Shown: in pieces, positions 62,896 through 64,000 of the stretch | Numbering within the stretch: the first letter of the stretch is position 1 | How the letters are laid out: the number at the start of each line of letters is the position of its first letter | Assembly (NCBI GenBank): GCA_023392615.1 | Contig: JAEVYT010000011.1 | Coordinates: 25,335 to 89,334 of the forward strand | DNA: 64,000 nucleotides | Direction of reading: 5' to 3' | Origin: Bacillota bacterium | GTDB lineage: Bacteria > Bacillota > Clostridia > Lachnospirales > Lachnospiraceae | The notes under the pieces: generated by a model | What the model saw: only the letters and a program-made list of their open reading frames with translations | The model's database searches: none | What the model was told of the DNA's origin: nothing | Translations under genes and position numbers: made by a program

Positions 62896-63783
62896 ATGTT
62901 CGGGCTTTATTTTGGTAATTATTTAGTGGAAAAGGGTTTGATCAATACAACTCAATTTGAAGAAATAATTCTTAAGCAACAACAAACAAGAGTTAAACTG
63001 GGTCTGATTGCTGTTTCAGAAAAATTATTAACCGCAAAGCAAGCGGAGGAAATCAATCAAATGCAGCGTAGTATGGACCGCCGCTTTGGTGACATTGCAA
63101 TTGAAAAGGGATATTTATTAGAAGAAGAGGTAACTCATCTTCTCAATATGCAGGGGAATCCTTATCTTCAATTTGTACAAGTTGTTACGGAAAATAATAT
63201 CTTAAATACGGATGAACTAAATCAATATATAGAAAGCTTTAAAGTAGATAACCAGTTTACTGATTTAGATATCGATGCTTTAAAATCCGGTGATATTGAT
63301 CGAATTATTTCTATATTCAATGTAACTGACTCCTCTTTAATCAATCAACTTATCAGCTTATATTTGAGAAACTTCGTACGTTTTATCAACAGTGATATTA
63401 TTATTAAAAAAATCACAAAGGTAAGTGAATATTCTTACTGCGCTCTCGCTTCTCAGAAGATGATTGGAGACCATGAATTCTTTATAGGAATTGCTTCCGC
63501 TGGAAATGAATTAACAACTATCGCAAGTCCATTCGCGAAAGAAGACTTCTCTGAAGTGGATGAAGATGCATTTGATGCAGTATGTGAATTTATTAACTGC
63601 TGCAATGGTTTATTCGCTTCAAAGCTTAGTCACGAAGACACACAAATAGATATGACTCCTCCTCTTTATTATTCAGAGAAGAAGCTAACAACAAACGGAG
63701 ATATCTATGTAGTTCCTATTATAATTAATGGTGCTCAGTCCGATTTACTGGTTGCAGTAGATAATCCGGTCGAGATAAACTAG
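62896..63783 (+). CDS. CheX/CheC-like chemotaxis protein with N-terminal helical domain
   Basis: FG.YLVEKG / LG.IAV / FG.IAIEKG repeats; DAVCEFINCCNG and MTPP CheX-like motif; next to cheY. Confidence 0.75.
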   Translation: MFGLYFGNYLVEKGLINTTQFEEIILKQQQTRVKLGLIAVSEKLLTAKQAEEINQMQRSMDRRFGDIAIEKGYLLEEEVTHLLNMQGNPYLQFVQVVTENNILNTDELNQYIESFKVDNQFTDLDIDALKSGDIDRIISIFNVTDSSLINQLISLYLRNFVRFINSDIIIKKITKVSEYSYCALASQKMIGDHEFFIGIASAGNELTTIASPFAKEDFSEVDEDAFDAVCEFINCCNGLFASKLSHEDTQIDMTPPLYYSEKKLTTNGDIYVVPIIINGAQSDLLVAVDNPVEIN

Positions 63784-63796
63784 GAGGGATATAATC

Positions 63797-64000
63797 ATGG
63801 CAAAGATTCTTTTGGTTGATGATTCGAAAACATCACGCAAAATTCTAAGAAGTATACTTGAAGAAAACGGACATGAAATAGTTGGTGAAGCTGCCAATGG
63901 TGAAGAAGGTTACGGAAAATATAAAGAATTAAATCCGGATATTACAACCATGGATATTACAATGCCTGTAATGGATGGTTTGGAAGCATTAAAATCCATC
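63797..64000 (+). CDS. cheY: CheY-like response regulator (partial)
   Basis: MAKILLVDDS...GEAANG...PDITTMDITMPVMDGLEALK. Confidence 0.85.
   Translation, partial: MAKILLVDDSKTSRKILRSILEENGHEIVGEAANGEEGYGKYKELNPDITTMDITMPVMDGLEALKSI

Overview
Low-GC chromosomal window from a spore-forming Clostridia bacterium, most likely Lachnospiraceae (inferred from gene content and order). Most genes are on the minus strand. The core blocks are spoIIIAA-AH / asp23-nusB-xseAB-ispA-dxs-tlyA-nadK-argR-yebC, then yqeG-aroK-aroQ-pepP-efp, T-box-pheST, amtB-glnB-glnB, queA, a split pyr operon with argS, and cheX-like/cheY at the right edge. An ndvB-like cyclic beta-1,2-glucan synthase runs off the left edge. I found no rRNA, tRNA, CRISPR array, transposase, integrase or prophage. 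The most interesting signals are non-coding. (1) The amtB leader has three tandem intrinsic terminators, each overlapped by a GAC-RAYGRR-GUC hexaloop hairpin resembling an ANTAR target. (2) A 1.1-kb insert between dxs and tlyA carries co-oriented DnaA-type boxes spaced 30-31 bp, a degenerate ~130-bp tandem repeat and a ~230-bp branched palindrome with CANGGANG loops. (3) An insert between the Phe T-box and pheS carries a duplicated palindromic element and another 31-bp box pair. Several unannotated gene remnants and a GH18 spore protein lacking its catalytic residues were also seen. All calls are by eye from motifs; no database searches were run.
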